Assembly: GCA_902576905.1 (NCBI GenBank)
Contig: CACGWW010000006.1
Location: 1,093-65,092, forward strand
Source: an uncultured Alphaproteobacteria bacterium
GTDB lineage: Bacteria > Pseudomonadota > Alphaproteobacteria > Rhodobacterales > Rhodobacteraceae
Direction of reading: 5' to 3'
Length of the DNA stretch: 64,000 bases
The position numbers and the translations under genes are program-made. The notes below the pieces were generated by a model, which was not told the DNA's origin, made no database searches, and saw only the letters and a list, made by a program, of their open reading frames with translations. This document shows positions 29,738-40,800 of the stretch, piece by piece. Numbering within the stretch: the first letter of the stretch is position 1; each line of letters opens with the position of its first letter.

Positions 29738-30670
29738 CTAGTCCAAGGTATTCCCATGTTTTTTTACCGAGAGCACGACCTCTTCTATTGAGTCTTTGGA
29801 CTCCGAAAGCGCAGCAGCAAGAGTATCTAAACCTACTGGACCACCTCCATATTCACGCGCTACCAAATTTAAGTATTTTCGATCGCCTTCATCAAGTCCC
29901 ATATGATCCACACCAAGCCTATTAAGCGCGCTGTCTACTAATACGTCATTAATAACACCACTATTTTCAACGGTGGCAAAATCAATTACCCTTCTTAAAA
30001 GCCTTCCTGCAATCCTTGGAGTTCCTCTTGACCTTTTTGCAATTTCAGCGGCGCTTAATTGATCGATTTTAAAGTTCAAAAGATCGGCCGCTCGGCTAAT
30101 AACCAAAATTAGGTCCCCAACCTCATAAAAATTTAAACGAACCGGAATCCCAAATCTATCTCTCATAGGCGTGGTCAGAAGACCTAGCCGAGTTGTTGAT
30201 CCTACCAGAGTAAAAGGTTTTAATTCTATTCTTAAAGAGCGCGCGGCAGAACCCTCTCCTACAATTAAATCGCAACTAAAGTCTTCCATAGCTGGATATA
30301 GAATTTCTTCAACAGCTGGTGACAATCTGTGTATCTCATCAATAAAGAGAACATCATTAGCCTCGAGACTAGTGAGAATTGCCGCTAAATCACCAGATTT
30401 TGTTAAAACGGGACCAGAAGTCATTTTAAAATTTACCCCTAATTCCCTCGCAATAATTTGTCCCAAAGTTGTTTTTCCCAAACCTGGAGGACCATGAAAA
30501 AGAACGTGGTCTAATGCTCTTTTTCGTATTTTGGATGCATCCAAAAAAATCTTTAGGTTTTTTTTTAAATCGGCCTGCCCAATAAATTCGTCTATACTTT
30601 TAGGCCGAAGAGTATTTTCATAATCTTCTTTTAATTCATCCGGTGACAAAATATTTTTTTCATCATTCAT
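29738..30670 (-). CDS. ruvB: Holliday junction branch migration helicase RuvB, C-terminus apparently disrupted (see findings)
   Basis: Walker [16 protein letters not shown], the sensor and arginine-finger regions, and [15 protein letters not shown]. The ORF then ends after 12 unrelated residues. The conserved terminal motif sits in another frame at 29721-29780. Confidence 0.9.
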   Translation of the reverse strand: MNDEKNILSPDELKEDYENTLRPKSIDEFIGQADLKKNLKIFLDASKIRKRALDHVLFHGPPGLGKTTLGQIIARELGVNFKMTSGPVLTKSGDLAAILTSLEANDVLFIDEIHRLSPAVEEILYPAMEDFSCDLIVGEGSAARSLRIELKPFTLVGSTTRLGLLTTPMRDRFGIPVRLNFYEVGDLILVISRAADLLNFKIDQLSAAEIAKRSRGTPRIAGRLLRRVIDFATVENSGVINDVLVDSALNRLGVDHMGLDEGDRKYLNLVAREYGGGPVGLDTLAAALSESKDSIEEVVLSVKKHGNTLD

Positions 30671-30675
30671 AGAGA

Positions 30676-31314
30676 CTATCCTTTTGCAAGTGATCTGAGG
30701 GCTTTCTTTACCAACTGCGAAGCATCTACAAGATCATCTTCGATTAAAATTCGGTCTATAGTGCTCTGAGCCTCAGCTGTTTTAAAACCTAAGTTCTGCA
30801 AAGCAGATAATGCATCTTGCTGAATCTCCTTTCTCTTTATTATGTTGATGGTCTGCTCATTACTATAGCCTCTAATCTCATTGATTTCCTCATCCTCTAA
30901 AACTATTAAATCTTTTCTACCACTTAACTCTACAACCAGTCTCTGAGCCATTCGAGATCCGATACCGGAGACAGAAGAAAAGGCAAGCTCATTTTTCATC
31001 CTTAAGGCGTGCAAAAGTTCTTTCGTATCCAGTGTGTTTAAAATAGTGAGGGCAACTTTCGCTCCGATACCCTGAACTGATCGTAAGATATTAAACCAAT
31101 CTTTTTCTATCTGAGTTATAAAGCCTACCAATTGTAATAAGTCCTCTTTCACTAATAACTCAGAGTATAGCGATATGTCTCTGGATTGGTTATCCAGATT
31201 TAAGGATCTTGCAGTTTTTTCAGTGACATAAACAACGTAACCAATTCCATGAACATCAATGACGACGCTATCTCTTTTTTTCTCAATGAGTTGACCTTTT
31301 ATTCTACCTATCAT
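30676..31314 (-). CDS. ruvA: Holliday junction DNA-binding protein RuvA
   Basis: The MIGRIKGQL start, HhH motifs ([22 protein letters not shown]), and its position between ruvC and ruvB. Confidence 0.85.
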   Translation of the reverse strand: MIGRIKGQLIEKKRDSVVIDVHGIGYVVYVTEKTARSLNLDNQSRDISLYSELLVKEDLLQLVGFITQIEKDWFNILRSVQGIGAKVALTILNTLDTKELLHALRMKNELAFSSVSGIGSRMAQRLVVELSGRKDLIVLEDEEINEIRGYSNEQTINIIKRKEIQQDALSALQNLGFKTAEAQSTIDRILIEDDLVDASQLVKKALRSLAKG

Positions 31315-31320
31315 TTGAGA

Positions 31321-31827
31321 TCACATTGCTTTCTTTATTGCTCTATTAAGATTAGCATTTAGTTTCAAAGTATGCATATGGCATATAGCAATCGCAAGAG
31401 CATCTGCCTCATCCGACTGGCTAAAACATACTTTTGGGAACTGTAACAAAGCCATTCTTTCAACCTCTTCTTTTGTCGCGTGGCCTTTTCCTGTAAATAT
31501 TTTCTTAACATAGTTCGGGGCATATTCACTTACTTCAATTTTACTCTCTCCGAGAGCTATCATCGCTGACGCCCTCGCTTGTCCAAGTTTTAAGGCAGCG
31601 AGAGGGTCGTTCTTTACAAAAGCTTTTTCTATTGCGCCACTTTCTACTTCAAATCTTTGTAAAACGGATCTTAATTGATCCAAAATAGATACCAATCTGG
31701 CTGCCATATCTTTTTTATTGCCAGCTCTACAAATACCACTACCCACAAATTTTATTTTCGGGCCATCCTCCTCGATCACGGCCCATCCAGTGTTGATCAG
31801 TCCTGGATCTATTCCTATTACCTGCAT
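31321..31827 (-). CDS. ruvC: Crossover junction endodeoxyribonuclease RuvC
   Basis: MQVIGIDPG catalytic Asp motif and the downstream acidic residues (SDEADALAIA). The ORF is open to 31860, but the canonical start is the ATG at 31827. Confidence 0.85.
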   Translation of the reverse strand: MQVIGIDPGLINTGWAVIEEDGPKIKFVGSGICRAGNKKDMAARLVSILDQLRSVLQRFEVESGAIEKAFVKNDPLAALKLGQARASAMIALGESKIEVSEYAPNYVKKIFTGKGHATKEEVERMALLQFPKVCFSQSDEADALAIAICHMHTLKLNANLNRAIKKAM

Positions 31828-31876
31828 ATTTTTCTTATGTTTTTGCGGTAAGTTTAGCATACATCATAATAAGGCT

Positions 31877-32833
31877 TCAATAACTGAGTTTTATTACTCT
31901 TTTAGGAACGGTCCTTTTTAATAGTAATGATGCCCAATTAGCTTCTTTTCTTTCGACTAAAACTTTTAAGCCGAATTGCTGTGAAATCTCTTTCAAATGC
32001 CTCGCCTGTTTAATGGTTAAGCCTGACAAGATCAAAAATCCACTATTTGATAGATTTTGAATAAATGATCTCATTAGAGACTTTATTGGATTAAATAAAA
32101 TGTTAGCCACTATTAAATCATATTTTGCCCTAGATTTAAGATGGTTACCTCTTAATCCTGAAGATCTGTAAACTTTTACATGCCTCACAACCTTGTTAAC
32201 AATTATGTTTCGCTTGGTCATTTCAACAGCATGGATATCGTTATCAACCGCGATCACCCTTGAACAAAATAACTTGGCAAGCGCTATAGCAAGGATCCCA
32301 GTACCACATCCGACGTCTATTATTGTTAATGGTTTAATCTGCATTTTTTTTAATTCTTGAATTAACTCTAAACAAAATTTAGTTGAGTAATGATGCCCCG
32401 TTCCAAATGCTAAGGAAGCATCAATTGTTAATGAATATCTATCTTGCTTTACAGAGTTTTCAAAAAAAGAGCTTGTAACAATAAATTTGTTTATTTTAAC
32501 AGGTCTAAACTTAACATTAGAAGCTCTAAGCCAGTTTTTTTCTTGAACTTTAGTTTTCACAATTTTTACTTTAAAACACTCCTCAATTAAACATATTGTG
32601 ATCGGGTCTAAAGCTCTTTTTAAAAAAATTTTCTGGCTAAACAACGGTTTATTAGTGCAAGCTATTACTTCTTGATACTCCGCCTCTGAAATGTTCAGCT
32701 CAAAAAACTTTTCAAGCTTACTCAATTTCTCTGAATTCAGATTATTTAATGTATAACAAAAGATTACTAGAGGGCCTCTATAGGATTCTCCAAATTCTTT
32801 TTTAGGTCTATACCAGTTCCACCTAATCCACAA
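31877..32833 (-). CDS. prmA: Ribosomal protein L11 methyltransferase PrmA, start uncertain
   Basis: [10 protein letters not shown] and [12 protein letters not shown] motifs. The only in-frame ATG (32833) overlaps msrA by 67 nt. Confidence 0.75.
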   Translation of the reverse strand: MWIRWNWYRPKKEFGESYRGPLVIFCYTLNNLNSEKLSKLEKFFELNISEAEYQEVIACTNKPLFSQKIFLKRALDPITICLIEECFKVKIVKTKVQEKNWLRASNVKFRPVKINKFIVTSSFFENSVKQDRYSLTIDASLAFGTGHHYSTKFCLELIQELKKMQIKPLTIIDVGCGTGILAIALAKLFCSRVIAVDNDIHAVEMTKRNIIVNKVVRHVKVYRSSGLRGNHLKSRAKYDLIVANILFNPIKSLMRSFIQNLSNSGFLILSGLTIKQARHLKEISQQFGLKVLVERKEANWASLLLKRTVPKRVIKLSY

Positions 32834-33348
32834 TAGCCCCGAGGATTCTTTGCAAGATATTGCTGATGATAGTCTTCAGCTAAAAAGAACTCAGGTGTTT
32901 TTTTTATCTCAGTTACAATAGAACCAAAGCCTGCTTTTTTTAGTAATTCTTGGTACAACGCTTTAGTTTCCAGCAACCTCAGTTTTTGAGTATCTGAAAA
33001 ATAATAAGCCCCACTTCTGTATTGCGTTCCTATATCATTACCCTGTCTATTCAACTGTGTTGGGTCATGATTTTCCCAAAATGTTCCCAATATCTCAACA
33101 TAACTTATTTCTGCGGGATCAAACAGGACTTTTACTACCTCATTGTGGCCAGTTAATCCAGTACATACATCCCTATAATTAGGATTTTTTGTGATACCGC
33201 CGGCATACCCAACTGCAGTAAGTTTTACTCCTTCCAGCTCCCAAAATTTCCTTTCTGCACCCCAGAAACAACCCATACCAAAAATAGCCTGCTCAAGATC
33301 ACCACCTTCTGGAAAACTAATATCTTTATTAAAAATGTGGTGAATCAT
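32767..33348 (-). CDS. msrA: Peptide-methionine (S)-S-oxide reductase
   Basis: The GMGCFWGAE catalytic motif and the GHNEVV and DYHQQY motifs. Confidence 0.9.
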   Translation of the reverse strand: MIHHIFNKDISFPEGGDLEQAIFGMGCFWGAERKFWELEGVKLTAVGYAGGITKNPNYRDVCTGLTGHNEVVKVLFDPAEISYVEILGTFWENHDPTQLNRQGNDIGTQYRSGAYYFSDTQKLRLLETKALYQELLKKAGFGSIVTEIKKTPEFFLAEDYHQQYLAKNPRGYCGLGGTGIDLKKNLENPIEAL

Positions 33349-33356
33349 AGTGGTTG

Positions 33357-33977
33357 CTAGTTTTTTGCGTAATATTCAACAACTAGATTTGGTTCCATTA
33401 TCGCTGGATAAGGAACATCTGAAAGCTCTGGAACTCTTTTGAACTTGGCAGTCATTTTCTTAAAATCAACTTCAATGTATTCAGGTACATCTCTTTCTTT
33501 TAACGCAAGCGCCTCTACTATGAGAGCCATTTCCTTCGATTTATCTCTTACCTCGATGACATCGCCTTCTTTAACACTATAGGATGGAATATTAACTTTT
33601 TTTCCGTTAACCATAACGTGACCATGGTTAACAAACTGTCTCGCAGCAAAAATTGTAGGGACAAACTTTGCTCTGTAGACCACTGCGTCTAATCTTCTTT
33701 CCAAAAGTCCTATTAACTTTTCACCAGTATCACCTCTTTCTTTTTCGGCAATATTAAAGATTTTTCTAAACTGTTTCTCTGTCAAATCCCCGTAATATCC
33801 TTTTAGCTTTTGCTTTGCTCTCAACTGCAACCCAAAATCAGAAAGCTTTCCTTTTCTCCGTTGCCCATGCTGCCCAGGCCCATACTCTCTTTTATTAACA
33901 GGTGATTTGGGCCGGCCCCAAATGTTTTCTCCCATTCTCCTGTCGATTTTATGCTTTGCAGCGGTTCTTTTTGTCAA
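33357..33977 (-). CDS. rpsD: 30S ribosomal protein S4
   Basis: 206 aa with [17 protein letters not shown] and the S4 RNA-binding domain (RLDAVVYR). Confidence 0.95.
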   Translation of the reverse strand: MTKRTAAKHKIDRRMGENIWGRPKSPVNKREYGPGQHGQRRKGKLSDFGLQLRAKQKLKGYYGDLTEKQFRKIFNIAEKERGDTGEKLIGLLERRLDAVVYRAKFVPTIFAARQFVNHGHVMVNGKKVNIPSYSVKEGDVIEVRDKSKEMALIVEALALKERDVPEYIEVDFKKMTAKFKRVPELSDVPYPAIMEPNLVVEYYAKN

Positions 33978-34081
33978 AATTTTACCCTTTAACTTGGAGG
34001 AAGTGACTTGTTTATATTGAAAGATCTTCTAGTGTCAAGAAATCATTTACTTATTGGCATAATAAAGTTAGAGACTATAAA

Positions 34082-34531
34082 ATGTCTGAACCATCCGTAA
34101 ACATTGTGAAACTGGCAGTCGGCGTAAAGTCAGTGGAAGAGTTAGCCCTGGTCCAGCGGCAATTTTTAAGCGAAGGTGACACACACGCCAAAAATGGATT
34201 CTATCATTCAACAAAGCTGATGCCAAAGAAGCATGAAGCTATTGTTAAATCTGGCTCTTTGTACTGGGTAATAAAAGGCGTGATCTGTGCAAGGCAAAAA
34301 ATCGTAGCTATCACAAAAGATGAAGATTTAGATGGAATAAAAAGATGTAAAATATTCTTGGATGACACAATTATAAAAACAACTCCAATGCGTAAAAAAC
34401 CCTTTCAAGGTTGGAGATACCTTAAGAAAAACAGAACTCCAGCGGACATCGCAGATCCTGTAACAGGAACGTTTGAAGATGATATTCCCTTAGAGGTTCA
34501 ACAGCAATTATTAGAGGTGGGTTTATTATAA
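34082..34531 (+). CDS. DUF1489-like conserved alphaproteobacterial protein
   Basis: 149 aa. The N-terminal IVKLAVGVKSVEEL resembles the DUF1489 family by recollection only. Confidence 0.5.
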   Translation: MSEPSVNIVKLAVGVKSVEELALVQRQFLSEGDTHAKNGFYHSTKLMPKKHEAIVKSGSLYWVIKGVICARQKIVAITKDEDLDGIKRCKIFLDDTIIKTTPMRKKPFQGWRYLKKNRTPADIADPVTGTFEDDIPLEVQQQLLEVGLL

Positions 34532-34532
34532 A

Positions 34533-35228
34533 CTAGCTACCCAATACAAGTTGATCTAAAATTCTTCTTAATTCAAGATCATTTTTATTTTTTTTATAAT
34601 ATGTCTTATTAACAAAAATTGAAGCAAAACTCTTTAAAAGAATACCATCTTCAATAGTCTTAAGTTTATTTTGCCTCAAGGTTTCGCCGGTGGACGAAAT
34701 ATCTACTATAACATCGGCAAGACCATTTACTATAGCACCCTCAGTAGCGCCCTGGCTTTCTATAATCTCAAAATTAGTAACTTGATTATCTATTAGAAAC
34801 TCTCGAGTAATATTCTGATATTTTGTCGCTATTCTTAAGCAACGAGAATATTTTTTTCTAAAAAAGAAAGCAACCTCATCAAGGTCATCAAGATAGTTAA
34901 CATCAATCCAAAATTGAGGAACACCTATAACCAAGTCTGCTTCTCCAAAATCTAGTTGCTTCAATTCTAAGATACACTTTCGCCAATCAAGTATCTTTTC
35001 AAAAATTAAATCTCTACCTGTGATACCAATATCTAAATTACCTTTTTTTATTTCCAGTGGAATATCTGATGCAGCCAGAAGTATTATTTGAACTTTCTTT
35101 TCTCCTTTAAATTCCGCCAAATACTCTCGCGTCATACCTATGTTTACCAATTCTAAGCCTCTTTCAGAAAAAAATTTCTCAACCTGTTTTTTTAATCTGC
35201 CTTTAGATGGGAGTCCGAACCTAACCAA
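34533..35228 (-). CDS. hisG: ATP phosphoribosyltransferase, short form
   Basis: 231 aa with the PSKGRL motif and DISSTGETL, downstream of hisZ. Confidence 0.85.
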   Translation of the reverse strand: MVRFGLPSKGRLKKQVEKFFSERGLELVNIGMTREYLAEFKGEKKVQIILLAASDIPLEIKKGNLDIGITGRDLIFEKILDWRKCILELKQLDFGEADLVIGVPQFWIDVNYLDDLDEVAFFFRKKYSRCLRIATKYQNITREFLIDNQVTNFEIIESQGATEGAIVNGLADVIVDISSTGETLRQNKLKTIEDGILLKSFASIFVNKTYYKKNKNDLELRRILDQLVLGS

Positions 35229-35257
35229 TTTTTTAATCCTTAATCTCTGTCATAATT

Positions 35258-36382
35258 TTAATTTTTTCTTAAAAAATCCATTCTCAACATACTTCCTATA
35301 GCACAAATTGATTTTCCCTTTTTTGATAAGCTACTGCATAAGCTATCATACCTCCCACCTTGAGCTATTGGTGGATACTTTCCATGATCCAACTGAAATC
35401 CGAAAACAAAACCGTCATAATATTCAAGAGTTGTCAGACCGTAAATAACCTGAAATTTTACCATTTTCGTATCGACATGCTCACTTAAGAGCTCAACCCT
35501 ACGCTCAAAATTTTCTATAGCTTTCCTGAAAGTGCTACCGACCATTGAGAGGGATAACATGCTCTTTGGTGCTTCTCTTAGGCTTGACTGGAACCTCATT
35601 AATTTTAATAAAAAGTTTTTTTCAGAACTGGCAATAAGATTTTGTGATAGCTCTTGCTCTAAAACTTCGATTCTTTGCTTTATGTCCGTCTTGGTTCTAA
35701 CTCCGTAAAAACTTTCCATTCCAAGTAATTTTTTTTTCCATAGTGACAAATTTGCGATTTTAGATGAGTGATTATTCCTACCACAAATTTTTTGCTTTGA
35801 GTAAAGATCCAAAAGTCTCATAAATCTTTTTGGTCGCCATAGATGTCTTTTCAATGAAGTCTTTTTATAATCACTTATATCAAGATCATTGATAGCGCTT
35901 GTTAATACTTGCACATCGCCTGTAACTGAGTTCACTTTATATTTACTCAAAATTTTATTTATAAGTAGGTATGCTTCAACGTCGGATGAAATTGATTTGG
36001 TTTTTTTGCTATCAAATAATTCAAAGCCCATCTGGTATTGTTCATTCGGAATAACTGACTTAAAATTTTGTCTTCGCCAAACGTTACCGCTGTAAAAATA
36101 CTTAGCTTGAAGAGAATTACCTCTTAAATGTTTTAACAAAATTGGAACAGTAAAATCTGGTCTTAAAATCTGCTCGCCTCTTACAGGATCGGAAGTCGTA
36201 TAAGCCCGAAGTTTTAAATCTTCACCATAAAGATCAACTAAGTCTGATGAATTTAAAAGAGAAGGCACACTTATCTCCTTTAATCCAGCTTTTTTAAAGA
36301 TTGTGGCTATACGCCTTATTTCCAATCCCAAATTACCGGAGTCTAACTTCGGTTTTATAATCCCTTTTTTTGATTTCAACAT
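35258..36382 (-). CDS. hisZ: ATP phosphoribosyltransferase regulatory subunit (HisRS paralogue)
   Basis: Class II aaRS-like core without an anticodon-binding domain, located between hisS and short-form hisG. Confidence 0.75.
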   Translation of the reverse strand: MLKSKKGIIKPKLDSGNLGLEIRRIATIFKKAGLKEISVPSLLNSSDLVDLYGEDLKLRAYTTSDPVRGEQILRPDFTVPILLKHLRGNSLQAKYFYSGNVWRRQNFKSVIPNEQYQMGFELFDSKKTKSISSDVEAYLLINKILSKYKVNSVTGDVQVLTSAINDLDISDYKKTSLKRHLWRPKRFMRLLDLYSKQKICGRNNHSSKIANLSLWKKKLLGMESFYGVRTKTDIKQRIEVLEQELSQNLIASSEKNFLLKLMRFQSSLREAPKSMLSLSMVGSTFRKAIENFERRVELLSEHVDTKMVKFQVIYGLTTLEYYDGFVFGFQLDHGKYPPIAQGGRYDSLCSSLSKKGKSICAIGSMLRMDFLRKN

Positions 36383-36383
36383 T

Positions 36384-37844
36384 TTATCTTTTGAGTAATT
36401 CCAAGATTTTTTTTGTCAAAGCTTCTCTTTTCACAGGAAATTGTGCCGGTTGCTCTTTCCATTCTTCATTTGAAGAAATGTTATCTGCAAGTTTGCTACC
36501 CAGCTTAAGATCCTTAATTTGAACTATGTCCGCTTTAACTTCATTGGTCCCAGCCACTATGGCGAACGCTGCACCACGCAAATCTGCATACTTCATTTGC
36601 TTACCAAAATCCTTAGGGTTTCCGACATATAAATCCGTATTAATCCTATTTTCTCTTAGTTCAGTTGCGATTTTTATATAATGTTTCATCAAGTTTTTAT
36701 CCATTACAGTTACTATAACGTCTACAACTCCTTTTTCATTATCACCATCAGATTCATGAAGATAAGATACTAGACGATCAATACCAATTGATACCCCAGT
36801 GGAGGGTACTTTTTGGCCAGTAAATCTACTAACTAAATCATCATATCTTCCTCCTCCAGAGATTGATCCTAGCAATCTAGTAGGCGTAGATAACTCAGTT
36901 TCAAACACTGTTCCTGTGTAGTAAGCCAACCCTCTAACGACACTGGGGTCTATTTTGAATGAAAGATTAGATATATCTTTTGAGAGCAAAGTGTCAGTTA
37001 TATTGCTTAACTCACCTATTCCTTGTTGTCCAATTTCAGAGTCCCCTATTAGATACTTCATTTCTTCTAGGGTCTTATAAGGGTCACTATTTGTTATTTT
37101 TAAAAAACTAATTATGGTATCAATTTGATCAGCACTGAGGTTAGCACCCTCCGTGAAATCTCCACTGCTATCCGTTCTTCCTTTTGCCAATAGGTTTTTG
37201 ACACCCTCTAATCCAAGTCTATCTAACTTATCAATGGCCCTAAAAACTACCAATTCAACATCACCCAAAATTGTGGTATCCGCTAACTTAACAGCTTGAA
37301 TTAATCCTGAAAGTATTTTTCTGTTGCTAATTCTTGTACAATAATCACCTGTAGAAAACCCTAGTTCTTTTAAGACATCAAAAACAATAAAACACATTTC
37401 AGCATCTGCCATGAAACTTGAAGTGCCTACAATATCAGCATCAAATTGATAAAACTCTTTAAATCTATCTGGTCCTGGCTTTTCATTTCTCCATACAGGT
37501 CCGAAGCTGTATCTTTTGTATGGTACTTGCAAAGTATTGCGATGTTGAGAAAAGGCTCTCGCTAGAGGTGCAGTCAGATCATATCTTAAAGCAAGCCAAG
37601 ACTCATTCTCATCCTGCCAGGCAAAAACACCCTCGTTTGGTCTGTTTATGTCTGGTAAGAACTTTCCTAAAGCATCGACCGTCTCAACTGCCGGAGTTTC
37701 AAGTCTTTCAAATCCATAAAGTTCATAAACCCTATTTACTACTCGCAGAACTTCCTCTCTTTTCTTGAGATAAGAATGAAAGTTATCCTGAAAGCCTTTA
37801 GGAGTAATTGCCTTGGGACGTGATTTTTTTTTCGAAATATCCAT
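36384..37844 (-). CDS. hisS: Histidine--tRNA ligase
   Basis: Class II motifs (LRYDLTAPLAR, FYQFDADIVG, GGGRYDDL) and a C-terminal anticodon-binding domain. Confidence 0.9.
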   Translation of the reverse strand: MDISKKKSRPKAITPKGFQDNFHSYLKKREEVLRVVNRVYELYGFERLETPAVETVDALGKFLPDINRPNEGVFAWQDENESWLALRYDLTAPLARAFSQHRNTLQVPYKRYSFGPVWRNEKPGPDRFKEFYQFDADIVGTSSFMADAEMCFIVFDVLKELGFSTGDYCTRISNRKILSGLIQAVKLADTTILGDVELVVFRAIDKLDRLGLEGVKNLLAKGRTDSSGDFTEGANLSADQIDTIISFLKITNSDPYKTLEEMKYLIGDSEIGQQGIGELSNITDTLLSKDISNLSFKIDPSVVRGLAYYTGTVFETELSTPTRLLGSISGGGRYDDLVSRFTGQKVPSTGVSIGIDRLVSYLHESDGDNEKGVVDVIVTVMDKNLMKHYIKIATELRENRINTDLYVGNPKDFGKQMKYADLRGAAFAIVAGTNEVKADIVQIKDLKLGSKLADNISSNEEWKEQPAQFPVKREALTKKILELLKR

Positions 37845-37863
37845 TTAACTTACGACTTAATTC

Positions 37864-40800
37864 CTACACTGCCTGTATTTCATATACACCTTCAACAGCT
37901 TTAATATTCTCTATAACTTCTGAACTGATATCATAAAAATATGGTAATGATATATTTGTTTTCTCCTGACTTGTCTCATCTTTAACCGTAATTAGGACAT
38001 TACCTTCATTGGGAGTTTCTTTCATTACTGCACTTTTTAAAAGACTAGATATTTTACTAACCTGACACTTTGTGCTTATGACAAAATGATATTGCTTAGG
38101 TTTTCTATTTGCTATGAACTTTTCTAAATTTCTAACCGACTTAACATTTATTCGTCCGTGACCATTTTGATCTTTTATTTTTTCAAGAACTAAAAGTACG
38201 AATGTACCGGCCACTAATTCCGCAGTCAAAGCTGTTAATCTGTCAGGGAAAATAAAAACATCAAAGGTTTTAACGCTATGATCAATTAAACTGACCAAGA
38301 AATATTGTTGTCCATTATTTGTTGTCTTTAATACTAAGTCTGTTATGAACCCTGCTGTGATAATGCTATGGAATTCGCCTGTTGAATTTGACAGTGTGTT
38401 GAATTCTTTTATTCCTAGTGACTCGTAAAAGCAAGGCTCATGATTGAATGGCGACACAAAATAAATACCTGTAACATCATAAATCTCTTTCGATCTCACT
38501 GGTAGTGAAGGTGAATTAATGGATTTGAACTCCGGTTTCTTAATTGTCTCGATAGAATTTGAGAATAGATTAACTTGGCTAGATCCCTCCTCATCATGGC
38601 ATGCAGCCGAATACAAAATAAGTTCCTCCAGCTTTTCTAGCATAGCAGCATGCCCAAGATTGAAAACGGCAAAAGCTCCAGAGCTAATTAACATTTCCAA
38701 GGGCCTTTTGCCAACTTTTTTCAAATGGACTCTTCGTGCAAAATCGAAAATATCAACGAACTTTCCATTTCTTTTTCTATTTTCAACAATTTTGGACATA
38801 GACTCAAAACCAACATTTTTTATTGCTCCTAATCCAAAAATTATCTGGTCTTTATTTACCGAGAACCTCACCTCTGATCTATTTATACATGGCGGGCACA
38901 TCGTAAAGCCAAAAGCATTAATATCATCAAAATAGTTAGAGAATTTCTCCATATTATTAATATCGTTATTCATTGCGGCGGTAATGAATTCGGCAGTATG
39001 ATGAGTTTTCAAAAAGGCTGTCTGGTAACTTAGGACTGCATACGCAGCCGCATGAGATTTGTTAAATCCGTAATTAGCAAATTTTGCTAATAAATCCCAT
39101 ATGCCCTCGGCTGTCTTTTTTTCTATTCCGTTATTATTCGCACCTTCCAAGAATTTAGGTTTTTCCGCATCCATTACCTCTTTTATTTTTTTTCCCATTG
39201 CTTTTCTCAACAAGTCTGCATCGCCAAGGCTATAACCTGCCATTTTTTGGGCAATCTCCATGACCTGTTCTTGGTAAACAATAATCCCATGGGTTTCATC
39301 AAGTATTTTATCAATCGATGGATGGAGAAACTGTCTTTTTTTCGGGTCATTTTTGGCTTCACAGAACGCTGGTATATTTTCCATTGGGCCGGGTCTATAT
39401 AATGCGACTAAAGCAATAATATCCTCCAATGAATTTGGTTTAAGATCAATCAAGGCATCTCTCATGCCCTTACTCTCGACCTGAAAAACCGACATTGTCT
39501 TCGCTTTTGAATAAAGCTCAAAAGTTTGTACATCGTTTAAAGGTATCTTATTTATATCAAGATCAGAGGAGGAACTGAAATTTACTAGTGAAACGGCTTC
39601 ACTTATTATCGTTAATGTTTTTAGTCCAAGAAAATCAAACTTCACTAAGCCCGCTTTCTCAACCCAATCTTTAGTGAATTGGGTTGCCGGCATATCAGAT
39701 CTGGGGTCCTGGTATAAAGGTACCAATTCAACTAATTTCCTGTCACCAATAACGATACCAGCAGCATGTGTTGAAGCATTTCTTAATACTCCTTCTAATT
39801 CTCTTGAAATATTCAGCATTCTAGAAACTTTTTCGTCATTTCTAGCTTCTTCAATAAGAGCGTCTTCTGTTTCCATTGCCTCGTTCAGGGAAATAGGTTT
39901 CGTACCCTGGACTGGAATAAGTTTTGCTATCTTGTCCACCCTTGAGTAGGGAAGTTGAAGCACTCGTCCGATGTCTCTAATGGCCGCCTTGGACCAGAGC
40001 GCACCAAACGTGATAATCTGTGCAACATTTTCTTTGCCATACTTTTGTTTGACATACTCTATAATTTCATTTCGTCTATCCATACAGAAATCAATGTCAA
40101 AATCAGGCATAGATATTCGGGATGGATTGAGAAATCTTTCAAAAAGCAATGAATATTTAATTGGGTCTAAATCAGTTATTGTCAGGGCAAATGCTACCAA
40201 GCTACCTGCTCCTGAGCCTCGACCTGGTCCTACAGGAATTCCTTTAGCTTTCGCCCATTTAACGATATCTGCTACAATCAAAAAATAACCACTGAAGCCC
40301 ATATTTTTGATAACTTCTAGCTCGTAAGATAATCGATCAAGATAGATTTTATGATTGCCCACTGCAGAGAGTTCTTTGAACCTTATTTGCAATCCTTTTT
40401 TTGCTTCTTGCGCCAAATCTGCGTCTGCATTAGGTGAGAACTTGGGTAGCATAGCATCTGTTGATCGAGGCCTGAAAGAACACCGCATGGCAATTTCAAC
40501 TGTATTTTCAATAGCCTCAGGAATATCGTTAAAAAGGTCTCTCATCTCATTTTCAGATTTAAAAAAATGGTCCATGCTCAAAGAGCGCCTTTCTTGTTGT
40601 TGGTCAACAAAGCTTCCTTCTGCAATACATAGCAACGCATCGTGCGGTTCATAAAGTTCTTTTTCTAGAAAATACACGTCATTTGTTGCTACAAGAGGAA
40701 GCCTTTGCTCATCCGCTAATTTCAAAATTTTGTCTTCTTCATTTACTTTATTACTGTAATTCTCTCCCAAAGGATGACGGTTCATCTCTAAATAAAATCG

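Noticed and set aside
29759-29765. A homopolymer (7 A on the coding strand) as a simple slippage or sequencing-error explanation for the ruvB frame change.
   Set aside because: The out-of-frame conserved segment (GRALGKK...) begins upstream of the homopolymer. Adding or removing one A does not restore a RuvB-like C-terminus. The shift must lie at or before 29780, which implies a deletion.
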